Assembly: GCF_013294015.1 (NCBI RefSeq)
Contig: NZ_JABSNO010000003.1
Coordinates: 78,746-142,745 of the forward strand
Reading direction: 5' to 3'
From: Frigoriflavimonas asaccharolytica
Lineage (GTDB): Bacteria > Bacteroidota > Bacteroidia > Flavobacteriales > Weeksellaceae
Length of the DNA: 64,000 nt
In this document: positions 40,216 to 50,264 of the stretch, piece after piece
How the letters are laid out: every line of letters starts with the position of its first letter
Position numbering within the stretch: the stretch's first letter is position 1
Notes under the pieces: model-generated
Told to the model about the DNA's origin: nothing
What the model saw: the letters and a program-made list of their open reading frames with translations, nothing else
Database searches by the model: none
Made by a program: the position numbers and the translations under genes

Positions 40216-41472
40216 TTAAAATAAACTAAGTTGCTCTGAAAAAGGGTTCTGAAATTTCGATTTCATACTATTCATTATAATTTTTTTAAAATTTTGCTCC
40301 TCAATATATTTGTTGAAAATATTTGGATTGTCAAATTCAACAAAATATTTTGCTCTATTTAAAGCAACGCCCATTTTCTTTAAATTTTCTAAAGTCAGTT
40401 TTTGAAAACGTCTTGCATTAATGATTTTATTCACCGATTTTCCGCCAATTCCTGGAATTCTCATCAGCATTCCTTTGGATGCAGTATTTACGTTGATAGG
40501 AAATTGCTCGCGATGACGCAAAGCCCAAGCCAATTTTGGATCTACTTCTAGGTCTAAAAATGGATTTTCTTTCTCCAAAATTTCATGTGCTTTAAAACCA
40601 TAAAAACGCATCAACCAATCTGCTTGGTACAATCTATTTTCTCGCAGCATTGGAACTTGAGAATCTATGGAAGGCAATCTCGCATCCGTCAACATTGGCA
40701 CGTAGCCAGAATAATAAACTCTTTTTAGATTGAAATTTTGATAAAAATGATCTGCAACTTTTATAATTTTTAAATCGGTTTCGTCTGTTGCTCCCACAAT
40801 CATTTGGGTAGATTGTCCGGCAGGTGCAAATTTTGGAACTTTTCTAAAGATTTTTTTCTCTTCTTTGTACAATGCCAATTCATTTTTTACAAAACCCATT
40901 GGTTTGATCATCTCGGAATGAGATTTTTCTGGTGCTAATAATTTTAAACCTTTTTCTGTAGGAATTTCTATATTGATAGAAAGTCTATCTGCATAAAGTC
41001 CTGCTTCTTTCATGATTTCATCACTTGCGCCAGGAATGGATTTTAAGTGAATATATCCGTTAAAATTATGCTCTAAACGTAATTTTTTTGCTACCCGAAC
41101 CAAACGTTCCATGGTGGTATCTGAATCTTTGAAGATCCCAGAACTTAAAAATAAACCTTCAATATAATTTCTACGGTAGAAATTCATCGTCAAATCTACC
41201 ACCTCTTCTACAGTGAAGGCTGCACGTTTGATATCGTTTGTTTTGCGGGAAACGCAGTAGGCACAATCATAGATGCAATGATTGGTTAAAAGAATTTTTA
41301 AAAGTGAAACGCATCGTCCATCTTCAGTGTACGAATGGCAAATACCGGAAGCATGACTGTTTCCTAAGCCGCCGTTGTTTTTACGATTTCCACCACTAGA
41401 AGAGCAAGAAACATCGTATTTTGCTGCATCTGCGAGGATTTCTAATTTTTCTTTTATGCGTTCTAAATTCAT
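40216..41472 (-). CDS. putative DNA modification/repair radical SAM protein (TIGR03916-like) with C-terminal HhH
   Basis: CIYDCAYC CxxxCxxC radical-SAM cluster motif. C-terminal helix-hairpin-helix (MLMRIPGIGGKSVNKIINAR). Confidence 0.75.
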   Translation of the reverse strand: MNLERIKEKLEILADAAKYDVSCSSSGGNRKNNGGLGNSHASGICHSYTEDGRCVSLLKILLTNHCIYDCAYCVSRKTNDIKRAAFTVEEVVDLTMNFYRRNYIEGLFLSSGIFKDSDTTMERLVRVAKKLRLEHNFNGYIHLKSIPGASDEIMKEAGLYADRLSINIEIPTEKGLKLLAPEKSHSEMIKPMGFVKNELALYKEEKKIFRKVPKFAPAGQSTQMIVGATDETDLKIIKVADHFYQNFNLKRVYYSGYVPMLTDARLPSIDSQVPMLRENRLYQADWLMRFYGFKAHEILEKENPFLDLEVDPKLAWALRHREQFPINVNTASKGMLMRIPGIGGKSVNKIINARRFQKLTLENLKKMGVALNRAKYFVEFDNPNIFNKYIEEQNFKKIIMNSMKSKFQNPFSEQLSLF

Positions 41473-41503
41473 TAATTTATTAAAATTTAATGATGTAAAA
41501 ATA

Positions 41504-41511
41504 CAAAAATA
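41504..41511 (-). promoter_or_regulatory. candidate -7 promoter element (TAnnTTTG) for the radical-SAM/photolyase-related operon
   Basis: Minus-strand tatttttg about 32 bp upstream of the ATG at 41472. Confidence 0.25.
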
Positions 41512-41586
41512 AAGTAAGAAAACATTCTAAAATTAACTTATTTGAATTTATTTATACCTTTATTGATTTAGAGCAATCGTTTATTG

Positions 41587-42450
41587 TTATTTCCTAATCC
41601 ATTTTAGAATTTCGGGAAGTATAATTTTTTCACGTTTTTCTTTACTGAAAAATCTAGGGACATGACCCGTTTTCATCATATAAATTAGTTTGTGATCTAC
41701 CTTATGTAAAAATAATACGGAATCTAAAGCAAGACCTTGTTTTCTATTTACAAGCAAATCTTGATCTCCTTGAAATAAAAGTGTTGGCACATTTGAAACT
41801 TGATAAATTGGACTTGCTATTTTAAAGCTTTCAGGAATTTTTTTTCTATTAAATTTTTCACCAACAACATCTTGAATTGTTGGCAACGCGTATCTAGAGT
41901 AGGTGGTAGCTAGAAATTGAGGTGTATAAAAATCAGTAGGTCCGCTTAGAGATATGATTTTCGAAATTAATTGGGGATTTTGATACCCATACAAAAGCGC
42001 TAAATGTGCGCCCGCACTCTCTCCTAAAATAATGAAATTGTCTTCTGGTAAAAGTGTTTTTGTAGAAAACTCGTTAAATTTTTTGATGGCAGATTCTATA
42101 TCCTCTAGTTGATCTTTGTAGGTAATTCCCTTTCTCACGAGTCTATAATTGATATTAATTGTAGGAATATTTTTGCTGTGCAAATAATTCTGAATCATAA
42201 TCATTTTTTGTTTTCTACCTCTTTTCCAAGCGCCACCATGCACAATAACGACTGCAGATCTATCTCTTTCGAAATATGCTGGTAAGAAAACATCCATATT
42301 TTGTTTTTTTTCTTCGCCGTATTTTAAATTATAAATTTTTTGCTCATTATTTTCTCCTACCCAGATTTTGTATTGAGAAGTACAAGATTGCAGTGCAAAG
42401 GATAACAAACCGAGAAACCAAAATATATAATTGAAGAATAATTTTTTCAT
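41587..42450 (-). CDS. alpha/beta hydrolase (esterase/lipase-like), secreted
   Basis: HGGAW oxyanion-hole motif and GESAGAH nucleophile elbow. Signal peptide. Confidence 0.7.
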   Translation of the reverse strand: MKKLFFNYIFWFLGLLSFALQSCTSQYKIWVGENNEQKIYNLKYGEEKKQNMDVFLPAYFERDRSAVVIVHGGAWKRGRKQKMIMIQNYLHSKNIPTININYRLVRKGITYKDQLEDIESAIKKFNEFSTKTLLPEDNFIILGESAGAHLALLYGYQNPQLISKIISLSGPTDFYTPQFLATTYSRYALPTIQDVVGEKFNRKKIPESFKIASPIYQVSNVPTLLFQGDQDLLVNRKQGLALDSVLFLHKVDHKLIYMMKTGHVPRFFSKEKREKIILPEILKWIRK

Positions 42451-42504
42451 AAACGTAGGTGGAAATGAGATAATAATTTCCGAAAAAGATAAGCCAAAAT
42501 TAAA

Positions 42505-42545
42505 CCAAAAAAAAGAGACTTTTTTAAAAAGTCTCTTTTGGTTTT
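42505..42545 (-). terminator. rho-independent terminator after dnaJ
   Basis: Perfect palindrome aagagactttttaaaaagtctctt, followed on the minus strand by a T-run. Confidence 0.6.
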
Positions 42546-42554
42546 TTGGGAATA

Positions 42555-43670
42555 TTAATTGAAAAAATCTCGAACCTTGTCGAAGAAAGTTTTTTCTTTT
42601 CCAGAAGGTTCTGCAAGCATTTCGCCATTTTCCACTTGTTTTTTGAAAAAATCTTCTTGAGAATCAGTCAATTTTTGGGGTGTCCACACATTGATGTGAA
42701 CGTACATATCTCCTTTTCCGTAAGATTCTAAACTTGGTAAACCTTTGCCTGCCAATCTCAAAATTTTACCAGATTGCGTACCTGCATCAATTTTAATCTT
42801 AACTTTACCTCCAACGGTATTTATTTCTTTTGAAGTTCCCAAAGCTGCTTCTGCAAAAGAAATATATAATTCTTGGTGAAGGTTATCGCCTTCTCTTTTT
42901 ATATTTTCATCGGCTTGTTCTTCTACCACAACCAACAAATCTCCTGGAATTCCGCCAAAAGGTGCATCGTTCCCTTTTCCGCGAACATTGAGTTGAATTC
43001 CATCTCTTGCACCTGCAGGAATAGAAATCGTTACTTCTTCGTCTTCTTTTCTTAAACCTTGATTATTTGCGCCTTCAGGAATTTTGTCGGCAATTTTTCC
43101 AACTCCTTGGCAAGTACTACAAGTGGTTTGCGTTTGCATTTGCCCGAACATGGTATTCATCAATTTGATTTGTGCACCAGTTCCGTTGCAAGTAGTACAA
43201 GTTTTTGAAGTAGCTCCTGGAACTACTTTCAATCTTTTTACTTTAATAGTTTTTTGCGTCCCGTTGACAATATCTTCCAAAGAAAGTTTGATTCTCACTC
43301 TCAAATTGGAACCTCGAACTTGTTGAGTTCTGGTTTGACCGCCGCCAAAACCACCACCTCCTCCAAAAATATCTCCAAATTGACTGAAAATATCATCCAT
43401 ATTCATACCGCCGCCAAAACCGCCTCCTCCGAAGCCGCCGTTTCCGCTCATTCCAGCGTGTCCGTATTGGTCGTATCTGGCTTTTTTGTTGCCATCACTT
43501 AAAACTTCGTAGGCTTCTGCAGCTTCTTTAAATTTTTCTTCAGCAGATTTGTCATCTGGATTTTTATCTGGGTGAAATTTAATTGCCATCTTTCGATAGG
43601 CCTTTTTTATTTCGTCTGCACTTGCAGATTTAGATATTTCTAATATTTCGTAATAGTCTCTTTTCGCCAT
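42555..43670 (-). CDS. dnaJ: molecular chaperone DnaJ
   Basis: J domain (HPD in KFHPDKNP), G/F-rich region and four CxxCxGxG zinc-finger repeats. Confidence 0.9.
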   Translation of the reverse strand: MAKRDYYEILEISKSASADEIKKAYRKMAIKFHPDKNPDDKSAEEKFKEAAEAYEVLSDGNKKARYDQYGHAGMSGNGGFGGGGFGGGMNMDDIFSQFGDIFGGGGGFGGGQTRTQQVRGSNLRVRIKLSLEDIVNGTQKTIKVKRLKVVPGATSKTCTTCNGTGAQIKLMNTMFGQMQTQTTCSTCQGVGKIADKIPEGANNQGLRKEDEEVTISIPAGARDGIQLNVRGKGNDAPFGGIPGDLLVVVEEQADENIKREGDNLHQELYISFAEAALGTSKEINTVGGKVKIKIDAGTQSGKILRLAGKGLPSLESYGKGDMYVHINVWTPQKLTDSQEDFFKKQVENGEMLAEPSGKEKTFFDKVRDFFN

Positions 43671-43756
43671 TTTTTTTTAATATAATTGATAGATGAATGA
43701 TGTTTACATTTTGATAAATAAGATGCATTAATCAATAATCTATCATCATTTATTTT

Positions 43757-44308
43757 TTATTGTCCCGTTACTACTTTTGCAAAGCGAATTACTCTATCGT
43801 GCAATTGATAACCAGTTTCTACTACATCTACAATTTTCCCTTTTAAATCTTCTGATGGTGCGGGAATGCTTGTAATACCTTCGTGCAAATCCACATTAAA
43901 GACATCTCCAACATTCACTTCCATTGGTTTTAGACCTTTTTCTACTAATTTATTTTTCAATTTTGTATAAATTAATTCTATTCCGCTTTTATCTGCTTCA
44001 TCTGAAATATTTTTCAACGCTCTTTCAAAATCGTCTAAAACGCCAAGCATAGAAATCATTAAATCTTGATTTGCGTATTGAAAAAAGTTCATTTTTTCTT
44101 TGGCCGTACGTTTTTTGTAGTTTTCAAATTCTGCATACAATCTTATGTATCTGTCTTTTTCTTCTGCCAAAAGTTCCTCGGGAGTTTTTACCACTGGCTC
44201 ATTTTCAGCTGAATTTTCTTCTGAAATTTCAGAATTTACATCGGTATTGTTAGTTTCATTTTCTAGAAATTCTGCGTCGTCTGTGTGCGTATCTTTATTA
44301 TCTATCAT
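43757..44308 (-). CDS. grpE: nucleotide exchange factor GrpE
   Basis: 183 aa with GrpE-like coiled-coil and C-terminal beta domain. Immediately upstream of dnaJ. Confidence 0.85.
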   Translation of the reverse strand: MIDNKDTHTDDAEFLENETNNTDVNSEISEENSAENEPVVKTPEELLAEEKDRYIRLYAEFENYKKRTAKEKMNFFQYANQDLMISMLGVLDDFERALKNISDEADKSGIELIYTKLKNKLVEKGLKPMEVNVGDVFNVDLHEGITSIPAPSEDLKGKIVDVVETGYQLHDRVIRFAKVVTGQ

Positions 44309-44641
44309 AATTTTTTCTTTTTAATAAATTGCAGTTCGCAAAGATTTTGCCAATTTTTTTAGTTGGACAATTAGGCAGATAAATTTTTTAAGTAATTTGT
44401 AATTCGGTCAATTAAGTTTTGAAAATTTAAATTTAAAAAAAATAAATTTCAACGTAGGAAGAATAAATTTTGACGATAATTTGCAGCCCGACTTGAGTGG
44501 AAATCCTTTTTTGCAAAAAAAGATTGGGAACGGAAGGCGGATTATGCTGCCCAAAAAACTGACACCTACTTTACGTTTGTGTAGATGAGATTTCTGCAGG
44601 AAAATAAACTTTGCTTTTTAAAGGATTGTTATTGTGTTTTT

Positions 44642-45970
44642 TTACACTAAGCCAGGAAAAACTGTTTCTATTAAAAGATAAATATTTAGCGTTAAAATGA
44701 TAGCAGCAATGAAGAATATTACAATTTTCAGCCATGTTTTGTTTACGAATTCGCCCATTTTCGCTTTTGAATTCGTGAACATTACTAATGGAATGACGGC
44801 AAAACTGAGTTGCATTGAAAGGATAACTTGGCTTAAAACAAGCAAGTCCATTGTCCCTTTTTCGCCGTAAATAATGGCGACAGCTAGTGCTGGAATTATT
44901 GCAATCAATCTGGTGATTAAGCGGCGTAACCATGGTTTTAATTTGATGTTTAAAAAACCTTCCATCACTATTTGTCCGGCTAAAGTACCTGTTAATGTTG
45001 AATTTTGACCAGAAGCGAGCAGTGCAACGGCAAAAAATATGCTTGCTAAACTGGTGCCCAAAAGTGGCGACAGCAATTCATGTGCATCAAAAATATCTGC
45101 AACATCTTGATAGCCCGTATTGTGGAATGTGGCTGCGGCAACAATTAAAATTGCTGCATTTACAAAAAATGCTAAAAACAAGGAAAATGTGCTGTCTATG
45201 GTTGCGAATTTAATTGCCATTTTTTTCCCTTCTCTGTCTCTGCTATAATTTCGCGTTTGAACGATTGAACTATGCAAATACAGATTGTGCGGCATTACTG
45301 TTGCGCCCAAAATTCCGATGGCGATGTAGAGCATTGATGGATTGTAGACAATTTGTGTTGTAGGAATTAAACCTTTCAACATTGGGAAAATATCTGGTTT
45401 GCTGGCTAATATTTCGTAGCCAAAACATGCGAAAATTACAAAAATTAGACCTGCTACAAATGCTTCTATCCATCTGAAACCTTTGGATTGTAATAATAAG
45501 ATAATGAAAACATCAATACCTGTAATCACAATTCCCCAAGTAAGTGGAATGCCGAATAGTAAATTTAAAGCTATTGCAGAACCAATTACTTCGGCTAAAT
45601 CGCATGCTGCAATTGCAATTTCGCATAGGAGCCAAAGTATGAAATTGGTAGTTGGCTTGAAATGGTCTCGGCAAGCTTGGGCTAAATCTCGTTCTGCAAC
45701 CACACCTAATTTTAAGGATAAATGTTGCAATATAATTGCGAAAATATTTGAAATTAGAATAACTGAAAGCAAGGCATATCCAAATTTTGCACCTCCTGCA
45801 ATATCAGTTGCCCAATTTCCAGGATCCATATATCCAACAGCTACCATTAATCCAGGTCCTGTGAATGCTATTAATTTTTTCCAAAATCCAGCATCTTTAG
45901 GTATATTTATAGATGAATAAACTTCTGAAAGGGAATTCTGATGTTTTTCTTTTCGCCAAGCTCTGCTCAT
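44642..45970 (-). CDS. mntH: Nramp family divalent metal (Mn2+/Fe2+) transporter
   Basis: 442 aa polytopic. GPGLMVAVGYMDPGNWATDIAGG Nramp signature. Confidence 0.85.
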   Translation of the reverse strand: MSRAWRKEKHQNSLSEVYSSINIPKDAGFWKKLIAFTGPGLMVAVGYMDPGNWATDIAGGAKFGYALLSVILISNIFAIILQHLSLKLGVVAERDLAQACRDHFKPTTNFILWLLCEIAIAACDLAEVIGSAIALNLLFGIPLTWGIVITGIDVFIILLLQSKGFRWIEAFVAGLIFVIFACFGYEILASKPDIFPMLKGLIPTTQIVYNPSMLYIAIGILGATVMPHNLYLHSSIVQTRNYSRDREGKKMAIKFATIDSTFSLFLAFFVNAAILIVAAATFHNTGYQDVADIFDAHELLSPLLGTSLASIFFAVALLASGQNSTLTGTLAGQIVMEGFLNIKLKPWLRRLITRLIAIIPALAVAIIYGEKGTMDLLVLSQVILSMQLSFAVIPLVMFTNSKAKMGEFVNKTWLKIVIFFIAAIILTLNIYLLIETVFPGLV

Positions 45971-46112
45971 AAATCAAATGTTAGTTTGAACTAACAAATT
46001 TAGTATAAAATTTCTAACTATTTAGTTTTTAATTTAATAAATTCATTTTTAAAATTTGAAATAAAAAAAATCCCGATAGAAATCGGGATTTTTTTATAAA
46101 TGTTGATTGTAA

Positions 46113-47453
46113 TTATTTTGCAAATCTTACAGCCATTTTTCTATCAACTGCTCTGTCTTCTACACTTGCAGTAGCTGGCAATGTTGCAAAATCGCTTCCG
46201 TAACCATCTGCAGCAATTACTTGTGCAGCAACTCCTTTATCGGAAAGCCATTTTTTAATATATTCTGCTCTTGCTTTTGATAATGTTTTATTTGATGCCT
46301 CATTTCCGCTTTTATCTGTATATCCAGCAACTTTAATCTTAGATTCTGGGAAAGCTTTTAGTATCGCTAGAAGATTGTCCATTTGTCCTTCGGATCCTGC
46401 TTCAAAAACGGTAGAAGAACCAATTTTGAAATTTACATGATCAAAAGAATACCAAACATTTTTCAAAGCTTCATCATCTGCTGCATTTTTATAATTTCCA
46501 TATTTTAAGAAAGTGATCATTTGCTCTTCCATTCCACCTTTGTAGCCTTTTAGCATTACACCATTCAAATCAATATCTGCATCTTCTTTTGTCATTGTAG
46601 TTGATGTAGAATTTGCTGCGTTTAAAGTATCTGCAGGAGTACTGTTATTCATCATTGTAGAATCTTCAGTATTTGCAGGAGTAACTACATCTTTCTTACC
46701 TTCACATTTTTTCCACAAAAATATAGAAACAGCTATTAATAATAATAAAGGAAGGAGCCATTTCCAAATTGAACCTCCACCATTATTATCGTTATTATTT
46801 TCTACTGTAGGAATGTTTTCTCTTACATTTGAAACTTTGCTTGAAGCGCTAGAAGTTACGGAACTTGCAGCAGAAGATACTGAACCTGCTGCGGAAGAAA
46901 TCGTATTTGTAGCAGAAGTAATACTTTCATTTGCACTTCCAAACACATCACCTAAACCTAAAGAACCTAAAGAAAGTCCTGCTGGTAAAAGTGTAGAAAC
47001 AATTCCTTTTTGATCTTTTAGCAAAGAAGAAACTCCAGAAGCACCAAGATTATTATCCGCTGCATATTTTCCTACAGAACCTAGTGTAGCACCAGTAACC
47101 ATATTTAATAATGAGTTTGAAGTTGAATTACTTACTCCAGAAAAACTAGAAACAGCGTTCATTAATCCACCAATTTTGTCTCCAAAAACTGAAGATAAAA
47201 TTGTAGTAATCATAGAATTATTAGAGGAACCTCCTAATAAATTACCGAGCATTCCACTAGATGCTGCACCTGTAATAGCATCCAAAACTCCTGGTTTTTC
47301 TGCATTGTTCGCCATACCACCAACAATGGCAGGTAATAAAGCTGAAATTGCTTTAGAAATACCCGATTCACTTTCCCCAAATTGAGTAGCTGCTTGAGAT
47401 ACTAAAGCTGGACCTAGTTGCCCTTTAATAAGATCAATAATGTTTAATGACAT
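46113..47453 (-). CDS. OmpA family protein with N-terminal DUF937-like Gly/Ser-rich domain
   Basis: Low-complexity G/S/A-rich N-terminal half, one TM, and C-terminal OmpA_C (GYTDKSGNEASNKTLSKARAEYIKKWL...DRKMAVRF). Confidence 0.6.
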   Translation of the reverse strand: MSLNIIDLIKGQLGPALVSQAATQFGESESGISKAISALLPAIVGGMANNAEKPGVLDAITGAASSGMLGNLLGGSSNNSMITTILSSVFGDKIGGLMNAVSSFSGVSNSTSNSLLNMVTGATLGSVGKYAADNNLGASGVSSLLKDQKGIVSTLLPAGLSLGSLGLGDVFGSANESITSATNTISSAAGSVSSAASSVTSSASSKVSNVRENIPTVENNNDNNGGGSIWKWLLPLLLLIAVSIFLWKKCEGKKDVVTPANTEDSTMMNNSTPADTLNAANSTSTTMTKEDADIDLNGVMLKGYKGGMEEQMITFLKYGNYKNAADDEALKNVWYSFDHVNFKIGSSTVFEAGSEGQMDNLLAILKAFPESKIKVAGYTDKSGNEASNKTLSKARAEYIKKWLSDKGVAAQVIAADGYGSDFATLPATASVEDRAVDRKMAVRFAK

Positions 47454-47548
47454 AATAGTTTTTTTATTTGATTAATAATCAAAGGTAAGGATTTTTCTTG
47501 TATAGAAATTTAATATCATGTAGATATTTATCTATTATTCACAATTTA

Positions 47549-49024
47549 TTAATATGATTTAGCGAAAATTACACGTTGAATCGACTTTTTACCAGAAATT
47601 AATGAAACTCCATCTTCTAAAGGATTTTCCAATGGAATACATCTAATAGTTGCTTTTGTATCTTGTTTTATTTTTTCTTCTTCTTCTGGAGTACCATCCC
47701 AATGTGCAGAAATAAAACCTCCTTTTTCTTGTAGTACTTTTTTAAATTCTTCGTAAGTATCTACTTTTGTGATATTATCTTGTTGAAAATCTTTTGCTTT
47801 TGTATAAATATCTGTTTGTATTGTTTTCAAAAGTTCATCTATATAAGTGTCTAAATTTTCTAAAGGTTGAACTTCTTTTGTAAGATTATCTCTTCTTGCA
47901 ACTTCTACAGATTTATTTTCCAAATCTTTAGGACCAATCGCCAATCTAATTGGAACACCTTTTAATTCGTATTCTGCAAATTTCCAGCCTGGTTTATTTT
48001 GATCGTCATTATCATATTTCACAGAAATTCCTTTGGATTCTAATTTTGCTTTTATATCAAAAACGACATTATCAATTTCTGCTAGTTGCTCTTCATTCCT
48101 AAAAATTGGAACAATCACAACTTGAATTGGCGCAAGTAGTGGTGGCAATACCAATCCTTTATCATCTGAGTGTGCCATTATTAAAGCACCCATCAATCTT
48201 GTAGAAACTCCCCAAGAAGTTGCCCATGCGTATTCTATTTTCCCTTCTTTATTGGTAAACTTCACATCAAATGCCTTGGCAAAATTTTGCGCGAGAAAAT
48301 GTGAAGTTCCAGCTTGCAAAGCTTTTCCATCTTGCATCATTGCTTCTATGCAATAGGTTTCTTCAGCTCCTGCAAATTTTTCACTGTCGGTTTTCAATCC
48401 TTTAATCACAGGAACAGCCATGAAATTTTGTACAAAATTTGCGTACACGTGAATCATCTTTTCAGTTTCTTCTACAGCTTCTGCAGAAGTTGCATGTGCA
48501 GTATGTCCTTCTTGCCAAAGAAATTCTGTTGTTCTCAAAAATAAACGTGTTCGCATTTCCCAACGCACAACGTTTGCCCATTGGTTAATTAAAATTGGTA
48601 AATCTCTATAACTTTGAACCCAATTTTTGTAAGTACTCCAAATGATTGCCTCAGAAGTAGGTCTTACGATAAGCTCTTCTTCTAATTTTGCATCTGGGTC
48701 TACAATTAATTTCTGCGGATTGTTAGGATCGGTTTTTAATCTGTAGTGCGTTACAACTGCACACTCTTTTGCAAAACCTTCTGCATTCTTTTCTTCAGCT
48801 TCAAAAAGACTCTTTGGTACAAATAGAGGAAAATATGCATTTTGATGCCCAGTTTCTTTAAATTTTCTATCCAATTCCTCCTTCATTTTCTCCCAGATTG
48901 CATAACCGTATGGTTTGATAACCATACAACCTCGAACTCCAGAATTTTCTGCAAGATCTGCTTGCACAACAAGTTCATTGTACCACTTGCTGTAATCTTC
49001 ACTTCTTGCTGTTAATTTTGCCAT
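47549..49024 (-). CDS. proS: proline--tRNA ligase (archaeal/eukaryotic-type class II)
   Basis: 491 aa with class II aaRS motifs and C-terminal anticodon-binding domain. Typical Bacteroidetes-type ProRS N-terminus. Confidence 0.9.
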   Translation of the reverse strand: MAKLTARSEDYSKWYNELVVQADLAENSGVRGCMVIKPYGYAIWEKMKEELDRKFKETGHQNAYFPLFVPKSLFEAEEKNAEGFAKECAVVTHYRLKTDPNNPQKLIVDPDAKLEEELIVRPTSEAIIWSTYKNWVQSYRDLPILINQWANVVRWEMRTRLFLRTTEFLWQEGHTAHATSAEAVEETEKMIHVYANFVQNFMAVPVIKGLKTDSEKFAGAEETYCIEAMMQDGKALQAGTSHFLAQNFAKAFDVKFTNKEGKIEYAWATSWGVSTRLMGALIMAHSDDKGLVLPPLLAPIQVVIVPIFRNEEQLAEIDNVVFDIKAKLESKGISVKYDNDDQNKPGWKFAEYELKGVPIRLAIGPKDLENKSVEVARRDNLTKEVQPLENLDTYIDELLKTIQTDIYTKAKDFQQDNITKVDTYEEFKKVLQEKGGFISAHWDGTPEEEEKIKQDTKATIRCIPLENPLEDGVSLISGKKSIQRVIFAKSY

Positions 49025-49163
49025 AATAAATCAATTTATAATTTAACATTTTAGATTAATCGAATCTAAAAATAAAGTAGTATTTTTATAAAAATTTCCA
49101 ATTAATAGTTTGGAATATTTTTTGTATTAATTGCAAATATAAATTAATTAAAACTTTTTCAAG

Positions 49164-50240
49164 ATGAAAAATATAAATTTACTCTACGATAGCTTAAAAA
49201 TAGTGAGGAAAAATGCATTATATATTATGGCTAGCAGTTTTCTCCTTATTTCTTGCGGCACGCAAATGGGAGGATACACAGAAACAGACGGTGTCTACTA
49301 TGATCCAAATACGGATACACTCCCACAAGGTGTAATCATCAACAACGAAGGAAATGTGGTAGGTGATTACTATGATTATCAAAATACTTCGTCTGTTATC
49401 TCAAATAGTGAAATGGTATCACAAGAACAAGATAGCAGATACCAAGATTGGAATTCAAATTCGAACTCAAATGCTACGGATTCTGATTGGGGTTCTTTTG
49501 CAGGAAGTGATCTAAATTATTATAACAACAATTTTTATGGATGGAATTCTCCATGGGGATTTGGCTATAATAATTTTGGCGGAGGTTTCGGATGGGGCGG
49601 AGGTTTCGGATACGGTATTGGATTTGGAAATTATGGATGGGGAGGTTTTGGATATAATAATTACTGGGGTTCACCTTGGGGTTATGGTTACAATTCTTAT
49701 TTCGGATTTAATCCTTACAACAATTTTTATGGAGGATATTACGGAAACGGATTATTTGGAAATAATTTTTATGGCAATGGATATTATGGAAACGCAATAA
49801 GATACAAAAGAAGCGGAGCAAATGGTAGAGTTTATAATTCTAATTCAAATGGCTTCATTCAAAATGGAAATAAGCAGAATTCTAACGCCTTTAGAAATGC
49901 TAATAATCAAAACAACGGAAGATTTAGAAATGAAAATTCTAACAGAGTAGGAGAGAGAACCAACAATACGCCAAGATATAGAAATCAGTCTATGCAAAAT
50001 TCTACAAATGGTAATTCTGTTCCTAGATTTAGAAATCCATCTACACAGCAAACTCCATCGACGAATAATACGAGAAACAATTCCTACAGAAACGATACTA
50101 ACGTACGTCCAACGCAACAATCTTCGCCAGTTAGAAGTAATTCAAATTCTGGTAGTTATAATTCTGGTACTAGGTCCAGTGGAAGTTCTAGCAGCGGAAG
50201 TTCTAGCGGAGGATCAAGATCTGGCGGTTTCAGAAGATAA
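49164..50240 (+). CDS. Gly/Tyr/Trp/Phe/Asn-rich low-complexity lipoprotein with Ser/Arg/Asn-rich tail
   Basis: LISCGTQ lipobox. Central aromatic-Gly repeats (GWNSPWGFGYNNFGGGFGWGGGFGYGIGFGNYGWGGFGYNNYWGSPWGYGYNSYFGFNPYNNFYGGYYGNG). C-terminal N/S/R-rich disordered tail ending SRSGGFRR. Confidence 0.5.
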   Translation: MKNINLLYDSLKIVRKNALYIMASSFLLISCGTQMGGYTETDGVYYDPNTDTLPQGVIINNEGNVVGDYYDYQNTSSVISNSEMVSQEQDSRYQDWNSNSNSNATDSDWGSFAGSDLNYYNNNFYGWNSPWGFGYNNFGGGFGWGGGFGYGIGFGNYGWGGFGYNNYWGSPWGYGYNSYFGFNPYNNFYGGYYGNGLFGNNFYGNGYYGNAIRYKRSGANGRVYNSNSNGFIQNGNKQNSNAFRNANNQNNGRFRNENSNRVGERTNNTPRYRNQSMQNSTNGNSVPRFRNPSTQQTPSTNNTRNNSYRNDTNVRPTQQSSPVRSNSNSGSYNSGTRSSGSSSSGSSSGGSRSGGFRR

Positions 50241-50264
50241 TTTTATTAAAATAATATTCAACAC

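Noticed and set aside
44309-44641. CIRCE (HrcA) operator or tRNA gene in the grpE upstream region
   Set aside because: No TTAGCACTC-N9-GAGTGCTAA-like inverted repeat and no tRNA-like T-loop/acceptor pattern found.
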